From Porphyridium purpureum (lineage: Eukaryota), in assembly GCA_008690995.1 (NCBI GenBank), contig VRMN01000003.1:1860001-1924000 (forward strand): a DNA stretch of 64,000 nt, read 5' to 3'. The position numbers and the translations under genes are program-made. The notes under the pieces are model-generated. The model was not told the origin of the DNA. It made no database searches and saw only the letters and a program-made list of their open reading frames with translations. Shown here in pieces: positions 51,518-62,772 of the stretch. The stretch's first letter is position 1, and each line of letters opens with the position of its first letter.

Positions 51518-52281
51518 AAGCATTGCTCGTGAGGAAAAAGGAAAAAGGAAAAAGAAGAGATAATGGGCAGAAGTTTGGTGTCTAGGTACGCTGGGCATTC
51601 TGCCCAAGTACGCTCTATGTAAATAAGTCAAAGAGAGCCTGTAGAACAAGGGCTTTTGTGTGTCGAACGTTGAGACGGGATGGGCTGAACAGGTATCCGG
51701 GATCTGAAAGGCGTGTCAGAGCGGCAGAGCTTTCGGCGCCTCAATGAAACAGCCCAGGATTACACCGTGGGACAAAGTACCGAACGCTTCTCACACTTCC
51801 CGACCACTCTTGCACCGCGTGGCAATGGGTGCTAGAGAAATCTTGTACGCGCACTTTAAGTTGGCAAGTCCTGGCCTTCTTATTTTGGTGGTCAAGACGT
51901 GCATTCGTGACTGGTCATGTGCCGGCCCCAAAAGCTTGCTCGCATCCAAAGTAGGTAAACGGTTCCGCATAGCGCGACTCCTAATCGAAGTCATCAGCTT
52001 TTTCACCGGTCAAAGACTTTGAAGGGGCGCGAAAGCTTGTGCAAAATGCGAACCTAGCGAGAACCAAGAGAAGTTCGGCTTGTGTACAGTGAATCCACGG
52101 ATGAGAACTCGACAGGGACGCATAGTTTTCTGCGATGAAAAGGCAGGACCGAGTGTGTGACATGTGAAAAAGAAAGAAGAATGCAAAGTAAAAACCTGCA
52201 AACCGGAGCAACGCTTTTGAACATTAAACTACGCGTATGATTCTTGACATGACGTATTCTCCGTCGATCCTTGACCAGGAC

Positions 52282-53595
52282 TTACACCAGCCACGGAGTA
52301 CGAATGTTTGCGCCAGCGTACACGGCCTTATCGCCCAACTGTTCCTCAATTCGAAGCAGTTGGTTGTACTTTGCCAGACGCTCCGACCTGCAAGGCGCAC
52401 CCGTCTTGATGCTGCCTGTGCCAAGACCCACCACAAGATCTGCAATGAAGCTGTCCTCGGTTTCGCCAGAACGGTGGCTCACCATGACGCCCCACTTGTT
52501 CTCACGGCACATGTTGTGGGCCTCGATAGCCTCGCTGATCGAGCCGATCTGGTTCACCTTCAGCAGCAGAGCCGTACATGCCTTCTTCTCGAAAGCCATC
52601 TTGATGCGATCCGGGTTCGTGACCAGCAGATCGTCACCGACAATCTGGCAGTCGGTTGCGGCGGTCATCTTGGCATACCCAGTCCAGTCGTCCTGGTCGA
52701 ATGGATCCTCTATCGAAATGACCGGATAATTTTCAATGAAGCCCTTGTACATATCGATCATCTCGTCTTCGGTCTTGTAGAACGATCCATCCGAGTTGGG
52801 GTTCTTGAAGTCGAGATCGTACTTCTGCTTATCCTCTTTCCAGAACTCAGATGCGGCGACGTCCATGCCGATCGAGATCTTGCCCTCGTACCCTGCGATC
52901 TTGATGGCGTCCATGAGCAGCTTGAGGCCCTCCTCGTTATCCTGAATGTTCGGCGCAAAGCCTCCCTCGTCACCGACTCCAGTCGCATCGATGCCGTACT
53001 TCTTCTTGATCACCGACTTGAGGTGCTGGTACACTTCGGCGCCCATCTTCATGCCCTCCTTGAACGAGGTGGCACCAGTGGGCATGATCATGAACTCCTG
53101 CATGGCGAGCTTGTTTCCGGCGTGCGAGCCGCCGTTGATCACGTTGAAGCTGGGCGTTGGCAGGATCATTTTATGCCCGCCCGCAAGTTCGTTGATGTGC
53201 ACGTACAGCGGCACCTTCTTGGCCGCGGCGCCAGCACGGCACACAGCCATGGACACGCCAAGAATGGCGTTTGCTCCCAGGCGCTTCTTGAAGCCTCCCG
53301 GGGTGCCGTCCAGCTCGATCATCTTGGCGTCGACCGCCTTTTGATCGGCGGGATCCATGCCCGTGATGGCCGGGCCGATCTCGTTAATCACGTTTGCGAC
53401 CGCCTTGCTGACGCCCTTCCCAAGGTACGCCGACTTGTCTCCATCCCGCAGCTCGAGCGCCTCGTAGATCCCCGTGGACGCACCGGACGGCACCATGGCG
53501 GAGAACACGCCCAGCTCGGTCGTCACCTCGACCTCCACGGTCGGATTCCCACGCGAGTCAAACACCTCGCGCGCATGCACGCCTGTAATCCCCAT
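52282..53595 (-). CDS. ENO: Enolase (cytosolic)
   Basis: [77 protein letters not shown]. Confidence 0.99.
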   Translation of the reverse strand: MGITGVHAREVFDSRGNPTVEVEVTTELGVFSAMVPSGASTGIYEALELRDGDKSAYLGKGVSKAVANVINEIGPAITGMDPADQKAVDAKMIELDGTPGGFKKRLGANAILGVSMAVCRAGAAAKKVPLYVHINELAGGHKMILPTPSFNVINGGSHAGNKLAMQEFMIMPTGATSFKEGMKMGAEVYQHLKSVIKKKYGIDATGVGDEGGFAPNIQDNEEGLKLLMDAIKIAGYEGKISIGMDVAASEFWKEDKQKYDLDFKNPNSDGSFYKTEDEMIDMYKGFIENYPVISIEDPFDQDDWTGYAKMTAATDCQIVGDDLLVTNPDRIKMAFEKKACTALLLKVNQIGSISEAIEAHNMCRENKWGVMVSHRSGETEDSFIADLVVGLGTGSIKTGAPCRSERLAKYNQLLRIEEQLGDKAVYAGANIRTPWLV

Positions 53596-54266
53596 CTTTA
53601 CCCAGCCACCCTTCTTCCAACACTCCTCAACCCAGCCCCTCTCCTTCCTCTTCCTCCTTCCTCTCCTCTCCTCTCCTCTCCTCCCTCTCCTCCCTCTCCG
53701 TCTGTCCCAGTCTTCTTATCAAAAACACCTCAGCCAACCAACAAACCTGTTCAGCGCCTCTCACCTGAAAACCCAAAAGCCAAAACCTTAGAAGCCAAAC
53801 TGAGCCCATCACCGCGGGCGCACCCTATGAAAAACAGACCGTCTGCATAGGAACCCGAGCTGTTCCTTGTGTCTGGCCTGCGGCTAACGAAATCCGTTAG
53901 AGCGTGGTGAATGGAGTCTCTGAACACCGAGCGACAGGCTTCTGATGTGAAGAGCGATGATGCCGTTTGCGGTGCGCAGTGCGCTGCTGCTGCTGCTGAT
54001 GCTGTTGCCGTTGCTGCTGCTGCTCACCATTGCAAGTATAGACGCACAAAGTACAGCCGCAGAACGGTTGGGTTTGGTTCTCGATATATCTGCCAAAATG
54101 TGACACGCTGCTTCCGGTTGATTGCAGGACCCGAGTATCAAGCCTGCTCTGCGTGGATTAGAAGTAGGGTTTATCACACCGGCAGCCAGCCACGTCACGC
54201 TTTCCTTTTTTTTTTTTTTTTTTTTTTCCTTCTTTCTTCCTTCCTCGGCAATGCATCTTGGAGGGC

Positions 54267-55862
54267 TCAAGTCTCTGCCTCGTTGCGCGGGGCGCCTGGA
54301 GCAGTGCCCGTCGACTGGGAAGACTTTGCGGCGCCGGGACGGGCGGGGCCGTCGGTAGGTTTCGCGGGAAGCGGGCGCAACAGTGCACTGAAAATGCTGT
54401 GAAAATCGCGCGCCTCGCGTATTGACTCGGGAGATAACGGCTCATTCTCCATGCAATGGCGATATAACGCCGCGCTCTCCTTCAGTATGTCCTCAACGCC
54501 TGAGCGCTGGGACGAGTTGAGCAGAAGCGGGGTTTCCAGACTAAGTACAGGCAGTACAGGGACTGGGAGCGGGACGCCGAGCCGATTCACACGCTCCAAC
54601 GAGCTCCAAACCTGAACAAGGTCAGAGTTTTCGCTCTGGACTCGCCCAAGCAGGCCCGCAGGTACGCTTAAGTACAGCTGGTGCAGCGCGTCTTTACCAG
54701 CGCTTAAAAGGTCTTGCTGCTGTAGCCAAGGGTGCTGCAACAGCTGCACAGCCGTCGGCCGCGAGCTCGGCGAAAGTCGCATGCACCGTGTGGTAAAGTC
54801 AATCAGCTTCAGCGACCATAGCCATCCATCTCGGAAGCGCGGCTGGTCGTGCGCGCGAAGTCTACGCAACGTGTCTGCGCTGCAATGCTTTGAGGATGTC
54901 GCATCTTTGTACATTGCCGTATGTTCTTCTCCGCCGGCAAGCTCAATACACAAGAGACCCAACGAATAAATATCGGCGCACGCTAGCTGAGACCATAGTC
55001 CAGTACTTTGCGGCTGCTCCCAAAGGTCTGACCGAGCAGCTAGAAGCTCTGGTGCTGTGAATCCTAGCAAAGTTGTGGCGCTTTCTCGGCGTCTTGGACC
55101 AAGTGCCGGCGCCAGAAGATGGTATATCATAGCGTCTTGCAAAAATATACCTTGGTCGCTGTCCGGCTCATAGAACACGTTTGAGGTTTTTATACGGCCG
55201 TGCGCGTAGCCCGCTGCGTGCAAGTGACAAAGCACATCCAAAGCGCCACGTATTATGTAGGCGATAATGGCTTCCACGAACCGGCGCTCCACAAGCACAG
55301 ATAAGAGGTCGTGTATAGAGCCCCGGAGCATCCATGGAAACTGCAAGCAAATCTCATCCTTTCTCTCACGCACAACGCACGGCACGATGCCGGCTTCCTT
55401 CCAAGACAGTGCACGATAAAAGAGTGTGCGCTCTAACTTTTCATACGAAAGAGTGACCAAGTAGGCTGCGCGACTTGCGGTCGTTGGACTGTCCAGCGAA
55501 ACAACTTTCAGCATGCAACACTGCTTGGGCGCATCTGGCGCGGGACGAGCGCGTTCGGCGCCATCCGTCGGTGCATGCTTCTGTGTCCCATCGTTCACTG
55601 CCGTCAAGGTGGGTACACCATCTTCCATGGTTTCCACGACGCTCGCCAGTGTCACCTTCTTACGCCCTCTGGAGCCATCGGGTCGTACAGCCGCCTGCGC
55701 CGGCTGCAGCGGCGACGCACCGCTGGACGGACTCACGCCGCTGTCCGCACCTGCGGGACTTCCCGAGCTCTCCCCCACCAACCCAGTGCCATACCAACAA
55801 TCTCCCAGCGCACGCAGCTCCAGCTCCGCATTCCGCGTATGATCGCAATTCACAGGCAACAT
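54267..55862 (-). CDS. STE20-like pseudokinase
   Basis: GSIHDLL..EAIIAYII..LCHLH..HGRIKTSNV, QDAM, FTAPEL, ADIYSLG, RPTAVQLLQHPW. HRD and DFG are not conserved. Confidence 0.78.
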   Translation of the reverse strand: MLPVNCDHTRNAELELRALGDCWYGTGLVGESSGSPAGADSGVSPSSGASPLQPAQAAVRPDGSRGRKKVTLASVVETMEDGVPTLTAVNDGTQKHAPTDGAERARPAPDAPKQCCMLKVVSLDSPTTASRAAYLVTLSYEKLERTLFYRALSWKEAGIVPCVVRERKDEICLQFPWMLRGSIHDLLSVLVERRFVEAIIAYIIRGALDVLCHLHAAGYAHGRIKTSNVFYEPDSDQGIFLQDAMIYHLLAPALGPRRRESATTLLGFTAPELLAARSDLWEQPQSTGLWSQLACADIYSLGLLCIELAGGEEHTAMYKDATSSKHCSADTLRRLRAHDQPRFRDGWLWSLKLIDFTTRCMRLSPSSRPTAVQLLQHPWLQQQDLLSAGKDALHQLYLSVPAGLLGRVQSENSDLVQVWSSLERVNRLGVPLPVPVLPVLSLETPLLLNSSQRSGVEDILKESAALYRHCMENEPLSPESIREARDFHSIFSALLRPLPAKPTDGPARPGAAKSSQSTGTAPGAPRNEAET

Positions 55863-56209
55863 GATGTCTCAACCATCTCGATCGATGCACTCGCCTGCCC
55901 TGCTCTCTCTCTCTCTCTCTCTCTGTGTCCCTTGCAACTACCTGACCTTTTCGGTTTCCGGTTCAATCCAAATAAAACGGTTTCTTCCATTCAAACCGAA
56001 CTGAACCGAAAACATAAACCGATTTCGGCCAGTGGCGATGCGGAGTGCGGATCGTGCTACACGACACGAGGAGAAAGGGCCGGACAGTCTGAAGAGTGCA
56101 ACATGCTGAGAGACCAACGGGACAACTGAAGGCTCTGAGCATCATCCAGCCGGCAGTGACGAAACGTGACACGACTTGATCCAGAACACGCCGACGTAGG
56201 CGGTTTGGC

Positions 56210-57997
56210 ATGGGTGGGAGCATCATGGGACTTGGATTGGGATCGCCGATGGCGCGGTCCAGCAGCGTGATTCATGGAGTGATCAGGAGATTCGCGAGCA
56301 CAAGGATGGTGGACATTATAGGCAAGCGCATTGCTGTCATTGGTGGTGTTGCCGGTGGAGCATCCGCGGCCGCTCGTGCGAGGCGCATGTCTGAGGACGC
56401 AGAGATCACGGTGTTCGAGCGCGGGCCGTATGTGTCGTTCGCGAATTGTGGACTGCCGTACTACGTGGGTAATGTGATCAAGTCACAGGATAAGCTCGTG
56501 CTGGCAAGCCCCGAGCTGTTCATGAAACGCTACAATATTCGTGTGCACACGAATACAGAGGTCATGCGCATCGACACGAGGGGTAAGGTTTTGGTCGTGA
56601 AGAAGACAAGCGACGACAGCGGCGAGAGTTCAGTGTGGCTTCACCCGTACGATGAGCTTGTGTTATCACCCGGGGCGACGGCGATCAAGCCAAGTATTCC
56701 GGGTATCGACCTTCCAGGCATCTTTTCTATTCGAACCGTACCAGATTCGGAGCATGTGCGTCAATACATCGAGGACACAAAGGCAAAGTCTGCAGTGGTC
56801 GTCGGAGGGGGATTCATCGGGCTGGAAATGGCCGAAAACCTGCATCACCTTGGGCTGAAAACCACCATCATTGAAGGCCTGCCACAGGTCATGGCACCGC
56901 TGGATGCCGAAATGATCGCGCCTGTGCACGATCGGATTCGGGCCTCTGGAAGCGAACTGCTTCTTGAGGAGCAAGTTACGTCATTTGAGCGAAAGGACAC
57001 GGGTGGGCCAATCACGGTGACTACCGCAGCAGGAAAGACAATCGAATCGGACATCGTGATCATGTCCATTGGCGTACGCCCCGTGGTTGACCTTGCTAAG
57101 GCTGCAGGCATCGAACTTGGTCGGAAGGGAGGTATCAGCGTAGACGCCTCGATGCGAACGTCGCAACCTCATATTTATGCCGTGGGTGACGCAATTGAAA
57201 CCGAGAACGTCGTCTCTGGTGAACACGAGCTTGTCCCATTGGCAGGACCCGCCAATCGACAGGGTCGAGTGGCTGCAGATAATGCAGTGACAGATCGTCA
57301 AGTCCGTTTCCGGGGCGTTCAGAGCACCTCTGTATGTGGCGTGTTCGGTCTCACGGTGGCAAGTACAGGCTTGAGCGAAAAGACATTGAAAAAGTTGGGC
57401 CGCGAATATGCAAAAGTGTACCTGCATCCAGGACATCACGTCTCTTACTACCCAGGAGCCAAGACAATTGACTTCAAGCTTCTGTACGATCCGAAAAGTG
57501 GCCAGGTGCTCGGTGCACAAGGTGTGGGCGAAGAGGGTGTTGAGCGGCGCATTGACGTGCTTGCAGTTGCCATCCAAGGAAAGATGACTGTGTTCGACCT
57601 GGAGGAAGTAGAATTGTGCTACGCTCCAGCGTATGGATCTGCCAAGGACATCACAAATATGGCCGGAATGGTTGCAGCAAATTTCATTCGCGGGGATCAT
57701 CCTACACTGCATGCTGATCAAGTCCAACTTGGCGATTATTTTCTGCTTGACGTTCGAGAGCAATCAGAGTTCCAGGCCGGACACATTCCCAACGCAACGA
57801 ATGTGCCTCTTTCGGAACTGCGCCAGCGCATGGATGAGCTTCCACTGGACCGCCCGATTTTGTGTTACTGTGCTGTCGGACAAAGAGGATACAACGCCAC
57901 TCGAGCACTCATGCAGAACGACTTTGAGGTGTACAACTTGAGCGGCGGATTCCGTACGTACATGGCCGCGAAAGCTGCGAACCTGCTCCTTGAGTGA
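56210..57997 (+). CDS. CoA-disulfide reductase-rhodanese fusion (CoADR-RHD / NADH-dependent persulfide reductase family)
   Basis: GGVAGGASAAARARR, redox Cys in SFANCGLPY, GGGFIGLEMAE, IYAVGD, PLAGPANRQG, ELCYAP; C-terminal rhodanese LDVRE..GHIP..YCAVGQRGY. Confidence 0.95.
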   Translation: MGGSIMGLGLGSPMARSSSVIHGVIRRFASTRMVDIIGKRIAVIGGVAGGASAAARARRMSEDAEITVFERGPYVSFANCGLPYYVGNVIKSQDKLVLASPELFMKRYNIRVHTNTEVMRIDTRGKVLVVKKTSDDSGESSVWLHPYDELVLSPGATAIKPSIPGIDLPGIFSIRTVPDSEHVRQYIEDTKAKSAVVVGGGFIGLEMAENLHHLGLKTTIIEGLPQVMAPLDAEMIAPVHDRIRASGSELLLEEQVTSFERKDTGGPITVTTAAGKTIESDIVIMSIGVRPVVDLAKAAGIELGRKGGISVDASMRTSQPHIYAVGDAIETENVVSGEHELVPLAGPANRQGRVAADNAVTDRQVRFRGVQSTSVCGVFGLTVASTGLSEKTLKKLGREYAKVYLHPGHHVSYYPGAKTIDFKLLYDPKSGQVLGAQGVGEEGVERRIDVLAVAIQGKMTVFDLEEVELCYAPAYGSAKDITNMAGMVAANFIRGDHPTLHADQVQLGDYFLLDVREQSEFQAGHIPNATNVPLSELRQRMDELPLDRPILCYCAVGQRGYNATRALMQNDFEVYNLSGGFRTYMAAKAANLLLE

Positions 57998-58069
57998 CGT
58001 GCAACGCGAGTCTTAGAGTAGTAAAACTTCACTAGTGTATTTCTGTAAGGGTGATACACCGATCACCAG

Positions 58070-58921
58070 TCAGGAAATTTTTCGCATCAGAGCGTCTCTG
58101 GCACCTATCACGGGGCGCATGCATACGGGACATGAATTGTGCCGCCGCATGATAAGCCAGCGGTCGACGCATTTCGCGTGGAAGCAGTGTCCGCATCTTA
58201 AGGCTCGCAGGTCCATGAGATGATGCGCGCGGGGCGAGCACGCCGTCCTAATCATTGGAATCTCTTCGAAGCACACCGTGCAAAGTTCAAATTCGTCTTT
58301 CATGTCCTCGTCCTCTCGTATCTCGTGATCAGCTTTGCTTTGCATACTCCAGGGCTTGAATCGCTGCGTGTTCTGCTCGACCTCTTCTGCTATCACTTGT
58401 GAGCTGATGTAACGATCCTGAAAGAACACAGTATGTGAGCGACCGTCCAGAGGGTCGTACTCAATGTCTTCCGAATGCCGCCCCTGTCTCTGGTCACGGC
58501 TGTTCCGCTGCCCATTTCGCATCGTCCGCACGGCAATCAGGCCCGTAAGGGGCAGCAGGACAAAATACAAGACCACCATTAAACTTAAACCGAGAACTGT
58601 GCTGGCAATGGAGGCGCCCTTCTCGTGTCTTTTCTCTTGCTTCAAACGCTGGTTTCGTCTGACATGCTGCGCCGGCGTGGCACGGTTCCGACTCCGGAAA
58701 CTTTCTTTCGGTGCGGAAGAACGTTCCCTCCTCCCTGGAGGCCGCTGCGCATGACTCGTGGGTGAAGACGCGAAAAGGTGGAATCCAAATGAAGCTTGTG
58801 CCACCTCCTTCAAGCGTGCAGTTGAAATTCCCGAGACGGATTCTGTGTCCCGATAGACTGCCAGCCCGCGTGCCAAAAGAACCGCGCAGATGACGATCAC
58901 TACGGCTGTCCAAGGCTTCAT
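58070..58921 (-). CDS. Membrane-anchored RING-H2 E3 ubiquitin ligase
   Basis: N-terminal signal-like hydrophobic segment, second TM, CTVC..LRCGHCFHAKCVDRWL..SCPVC. Confidence 0.9.
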   Translation of the reverse strand: MKPWTAVVIVICAVLLARGLAVYRDTESVSGISTARLKEVAQASFGFHLFASSPTSHAQRPPGRRERSSAPKESFRSRNRATPAQHVRRNQRLKQEKRHEKGASIASTVLGLSLMVVLYFVLLPLTGLIAVRTMRNGQRNSRDQRQGRHSEDIEYDPLDGRSHTVFFQDRYISSQVIAEEVEQNTQRFKPWSMQSKADHEIREDEDMKDEFELCTVCFEEIPMIRTACSPRAHHLMDLRALRCGHCFHAKCVDRWLIMRRHNSCPVCMRPVIGARDALMRKIS

Positions 58922-59037
58922 TATCTTCGTTGTCGCACGCCCCTCGCAGAAGGCAAAGGTTTTCTTCCAACTCAAGCCGTTAGATGACTTGCTCTCAATC
59001 ATACAAAATTCAGCAATTTTACGATGAAAATATTTGG

Positions 59038-61305
59038 TTAGGGTTCAGGGAGCGCTCCGGCTTCTTCCTTGAGCAGCAAGTGCTCCCACTTTTTCTCAAT
59101 CCAGTCGAGTTCCTCCACCTGCTCGCGATTCTGGCTGTGCGAAAAGCGCTGTGTGCGCTCCAGTGTAACATGCGATGTCCCATCCTGTCCCATATGTACC
59201 GCATGCGTGGCCGCGTGTACCAGATGTTGACTTGTCGAGCGCAGAGCGCCCTGCCGAGGTTCCATGCTCTTCGCTTCATCACCCATTTCGGTCACTCTGT
59301 CCCTAGAGGCTGATTTCCTTAGAGTACCTGTCTGCTCCAGGAAGCTGTCGAACAGGCGGCGAGTCATTCCTTTTTGGCCAGATCTATCGAAACGTCGTGG
59401 ACATGAAACCCCACCGAGAGCGTCGAACAAGGTATTCCACTCGCACTGCAGCCGCGGCTCTTCGTCGATCAAGAGATTGTCCGGTAGCTCAAGACTTCCC
59501 CGCCACTCACAGAATCGCCTCAAATCAGGTGATTTTTCCTCGTACATACTGGCGAGATATCTGCTTGCTCGATCCACAACTTCCGAGTCTCCAATGGTGG
59601 CGTCCGTGGGGACGCCTGCGCTTCTCTCAGCTTGAATCTCTACGCTTTCCACGAATCCGGCGGGATTGAGCTGTTCTCGATAGACAGCGCGACTAAAGCT
59701 CGAAGGATATTCGACCACAGATGTTCCGGTCTGACTTTTGAAATCTTGCATGAGCAAGTCACCGAAGCGCGAAAGTTGGACCAGACCAAGTGAAGAACTC
59801 CCCGTCGATACCCAGGACAGCCCCGCGAGAAGTGGCCGCGACCTGGTGGACTGCTTTTGGTATTGATCTTGAAAGGAAGGAATAGAAGCTACGGGCGAGT
59901 GCAGTTGCGCGATGCTTGACGTGAACACTCCCACGGCGCGCCCTGTCCTTTGGACCAGCTCGCGACAATAAGGAGCCACCACAACCTCGCTTGTGACTGG
60001 ATTCGCCAGCGCCAGGCACCAGGCGCCCGCCTCCAATAAAGGTGCGGATGCAAGTAAAAGCGAGTGCCCGTCTTCGAGCCAGAATGGCATTCTTGTTTCA
60101 AACAGAGCGCGACCAGGTGCTCGTTCATCAATTACCGCGAGCACCGAGTCTGTTGCCAACAGGTAGCTGTGTGGCCCGGCAGCATACGGTAGGGGTTCAA
60201 AGCCGCAGCAGCCGCGGTCCAGAGCTTTCAAGCTCCAGTCGCTCGCCTCCCAGAATGAATAAGTGCTGGGAGCTCGAAAGTCAAGGCGGCGTACTGACCG
60301 AGGCAAACACAGGAGACGTACATATGCAGAATTTGAGAGTGACGAGTTCCGCAGCCGAACAAAAGGACTCCATGACGCCGCTCCGTCTGGTACCGTGACG
60401 CTCTCCTTCAGTCCGACACGAGAGGTTAGGCTCGAGACATAGAGGCGTGATTCTGGGAGAGAAAGAGAGACGTTCTCAAACGAGGTCTTATCCGGCGCAA
60501 GACATGATTCCAAAAGCCTTTCTGTCGGCGCGCTAGTGAACGCCTCGTATCGCACTCCGTCAGGGACAATCGAAAGCTGCTGCAGCATGTGAGGCTCTGA
60601 GCGTGCAGTCCTCTCCAAAGGGAACGTGTGCAACGTTGACACAGTTCGTTTCCGGCACAGCACTGCAGTCCCGAAGCCGTTCATCAAAGGAGCTGCTTTC
60701 AGGTCCAACATGGGCTCCTCATTTCCTTGATTGCGTCCCATGAATCCTAGTCCTGAAAAGTTGCAGCGGCGAACTTCGACCGAGTTGGACATCAATGTGG
60801 AAGCGTGCGAGTCTACACAGAAGAACCTATCATGCAGCGAACCGTAGACATGCTGCGGCCTAGCTCCCACCACAAGGGCATTTCCATAGCCTTCGCAAGA
60901 GTCTGCTCTGTGAGCGATCCCAGGCTGCGAACATGTGCCGTTCACTGACATCACTCTTGCCAGCGACACCGGCCCGAAGCGATGTTTCTTGTAGTGAGCC
61001 GAATTCCGTACCACGTTGGTCACGAGGGCGGACGCATACATATGCGGCACAGCTGAAGCCGAAGCCGAAGCCGAAGCCGGCGTAGCATCTGGAACAGCCC
61101 CTTTGGCTCGCTTGACACCACTTTTCTGGCTTGACTCGCCTGCCGTTCCGCTCGGCGCGCTGTACCGTAGCCTGCCCATCGGCGCCGCGGCGCCCTCAGT
61201 GCCTGCCCAGCTTGCCCAGTCGAACACATGCTCGCTGTTCTCACCGTTGTCAACTTCCGAGTGGTTCTGATCGCTTCGGGTCCGGCTTACCCCGAGATGG
61301 TCCAT
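59038..61305 (-). CDS. TAF1C/Rrn6-like RNA polymerase I core-factor subunit
   Basis: About 755-aa ORF with beta-propeller-like motifs SVRRLDFR and LAVIDERAP, and GLVQLSRFGDLLMQ resembling the TAF1C FQLS..GD.F.Q motif. Confidence 0.55.
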   Translation of the reverse strand: MDHLGVSRTRSDQNHSEVDNGENSEHVFDWASWAGTEGAAAPMGRLRYSAPSGTAGESSQKSGVKRAKGAVPDATPASASASASAVPHMYASALVTNVVRNSAHYKKHRFGPVSLARVMSVNGTCSQPGIAHRADSCEGYGNALVVGARPQHVYGSLHDRFFCVDSHASTLMSNSVEVRRCNFSGLGFMGRNQGNEEPMLDLKAAPLMNGFGTAVLCRKRTVSTLHTFPLERTARSEPHMLQQLSIVPDGVRYEAFTSAPTERLLESCLAPDKTSFENVSLSLPESRLYVSSLTSRVGLKESVTVPDGAASWSPFVRLRNSSLSNSAYVRLLCLPRSVRRLDFRAPSTYSFWEASDWSLKALDRGCCGFEPLPYAAGPHSYLLATDSVLAVIDERAPGRALFETRMPFWLEDGHSLLLASAPLLEAGAWCLALANPVTSEVVVAPYCRELVQRTGRAVGVFTSSIAQLHSPVASIPSFQDQYQKQSTRSRPLLAGLSWVSTGSSSLGLVQLSRFGDLLMQDFKSQTGTSVVEYPSSFSRAVYREQLNPAGFVESVEIQAERSAGVPTDATIGDSEVVDRASRYLASMYEEKSPDLRRFCEWRGSLELPDNLLIDEEPRLQCEWNTLFDALGGVSCPRRFDRSGQKGMTRRLFDSFLEQTGTLRKSASRDRVTEMGDEAKSMEPRQGALRSTSQHLVHAATHAVHMGQDGTSHVTLERTQRFSHSQNREQVEELDWIEKKWEHLLLKEEAGALPEP

Positions 61306-62217
61306 GTGCACGAGATCGCTTGGTTACATTGCTGTTTCGCTTCGCGCCACCGTTGCTGTGGCAAAATTGGAAGGCGAAGGCCCGCCCCTCGCTTCTACAG
61401 AAGACAGAAAGATACGAACGCCGCTTCAAACCGCATCCGCTGACTGCACGCTTCCTTTGCCCGCACGACCAAGACACCACTGGCGGACACTTGCACAATC
61501 GAACGAACGAACAGAATGTGGCACCCGGTCCGAGGAACCCGCAAGAATGACACCTATGTCAGCACAAGCTTTCCCCGTCTCTGCTGAGGTCGCGCAAATT
61601 TTCAAGCGCAGCGTCGTCCGCGGGCGACCGGCTTCTTCTGTGCCACGTGTAGGCACACACCCAACGACCATCTCGTCCTGGTCCAAGCACCACACGCCGC
61701 CGCCAACCACCCCGCCGCCTGGATTTCTTTATCGGCTTCAACCGTGTAACCATGTAGCCGATAAACCGTTATCTTTCCGATGAATCGAGCTTGGCTGTCG
61801 CGTGCACAGAGCTGCCGAGCGTGCGTATCTGCGAAATACGCACGCTCATACCTGCAGCGATGCCAAGAACTGCATGTTGCACACTGTGCGACGCATTCAA
61901 GGATTGCGATGTCAGCGCTCCGCAGCACATCTTTCTCCGCAGCTGCGAAGTATTGCACATCTCGGCTTCCACCTTTTCGGGGCCAGCACCTGACAAATTT
62001 GAAGGCCATTGCGAAGGTGACGATGCCCTTGTCACCGTCGAAGTCTCAGAAAAAAATGGGTGCGAGGAAGCTGATTCATAGTAGACTAGTAGCTGTGGGC
62101 TCGACTCGCCCTTTTCCACTCACAGGAGGATTTTGGAATGATTGTGAAACGTGGGCACGAGGTTTCCGGGAACATCTGGTTTTATGAATTGCAAACTTGG
62201 CGAGACGGTATCTCGCT

Positions 62218-62772
62218 TCACATGGCAAAGCTCTGACCGCAGCCGCAGTTTTGAGTGGCATTCGGCTGGGTGAACTTGAACCCGCCGCCAATGAGCGCGT
62301 CCGAATAGTCCAACTTCATTCCAAACAAGTACAAGAGGCTTTTCGGGTCACACACGACACTGACCGCGCCATTCAGAAGCTTAACCATGGTATCATCTTT
62401 GCTCACTTTCTCCTCGCTCTCGAAATCCATCACGAAGCTCATGCCCGAGCACCCACCCGACCGCACGCCCACGCGCAGCACTTTGGCCTCGGGAGTCGAG
62501 CTCAGCAGCTTACCGAGCTGCTGCAGAGCCGCGTCTGTGACAGTAATAAACGACTCGTCCTCCTTCCCGTGCAGAGACTGCTCTTGCAAACCCGCGGCAG
62601 CCGCCTGCGACCCAGTCTCGATCTCCGCCGCGAGGCGTTGCACAACGCCTCGCCCGCCCCTCGCGTTCCTCGTCCTCCCGGCCAGCGGCGCTCGCTGAGC
62701 ACACATGCGCTCTGAGCCGCGAGACGCGGGAACCAGGGCGACGCCAGGGAGCACGTTCACAAACCCCACCAT
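62218..62772 (-). CDS. sufA: A-type Fe-S carrier SufA/IscA (plastid-targeted)
   Basis: LRVGVRSGGCSGMS, DPKSLLYLFGMKLDY, GGGFKF..PNA..CGCGQSF; transit peptide. Confidence 0.95.
   Translation of the reverse strand: MVGFVNVLPGVALVPASRGSERMCAQRAPLAGRTRNARGGRGVVQRLAAEIETGSQAAAAGLQEQSLHGKEDESFITVTDAALQQLGKLLSSTPEAKVLRVGVRSGGCSGMSFVMDFESEEKVSKDDTMVKLLNGAVSVVCDPKSLLYLFGMKLDYSDALIGGGFKFTQPNATQNCGCGQSFAM

Noticed and set aside
52237..53850. 537-aa plus-strand ORF antisense to enolase
   Set aside because: Shadow ORF caused by the strong codon bias of highly expressed enolase; no recognisable motifs.
61304..62190. Short overlapping ORFs between the TAF1C-like gene and sufA
   Set aside because: No frame gives a recognisable protein or convincing splice signals.
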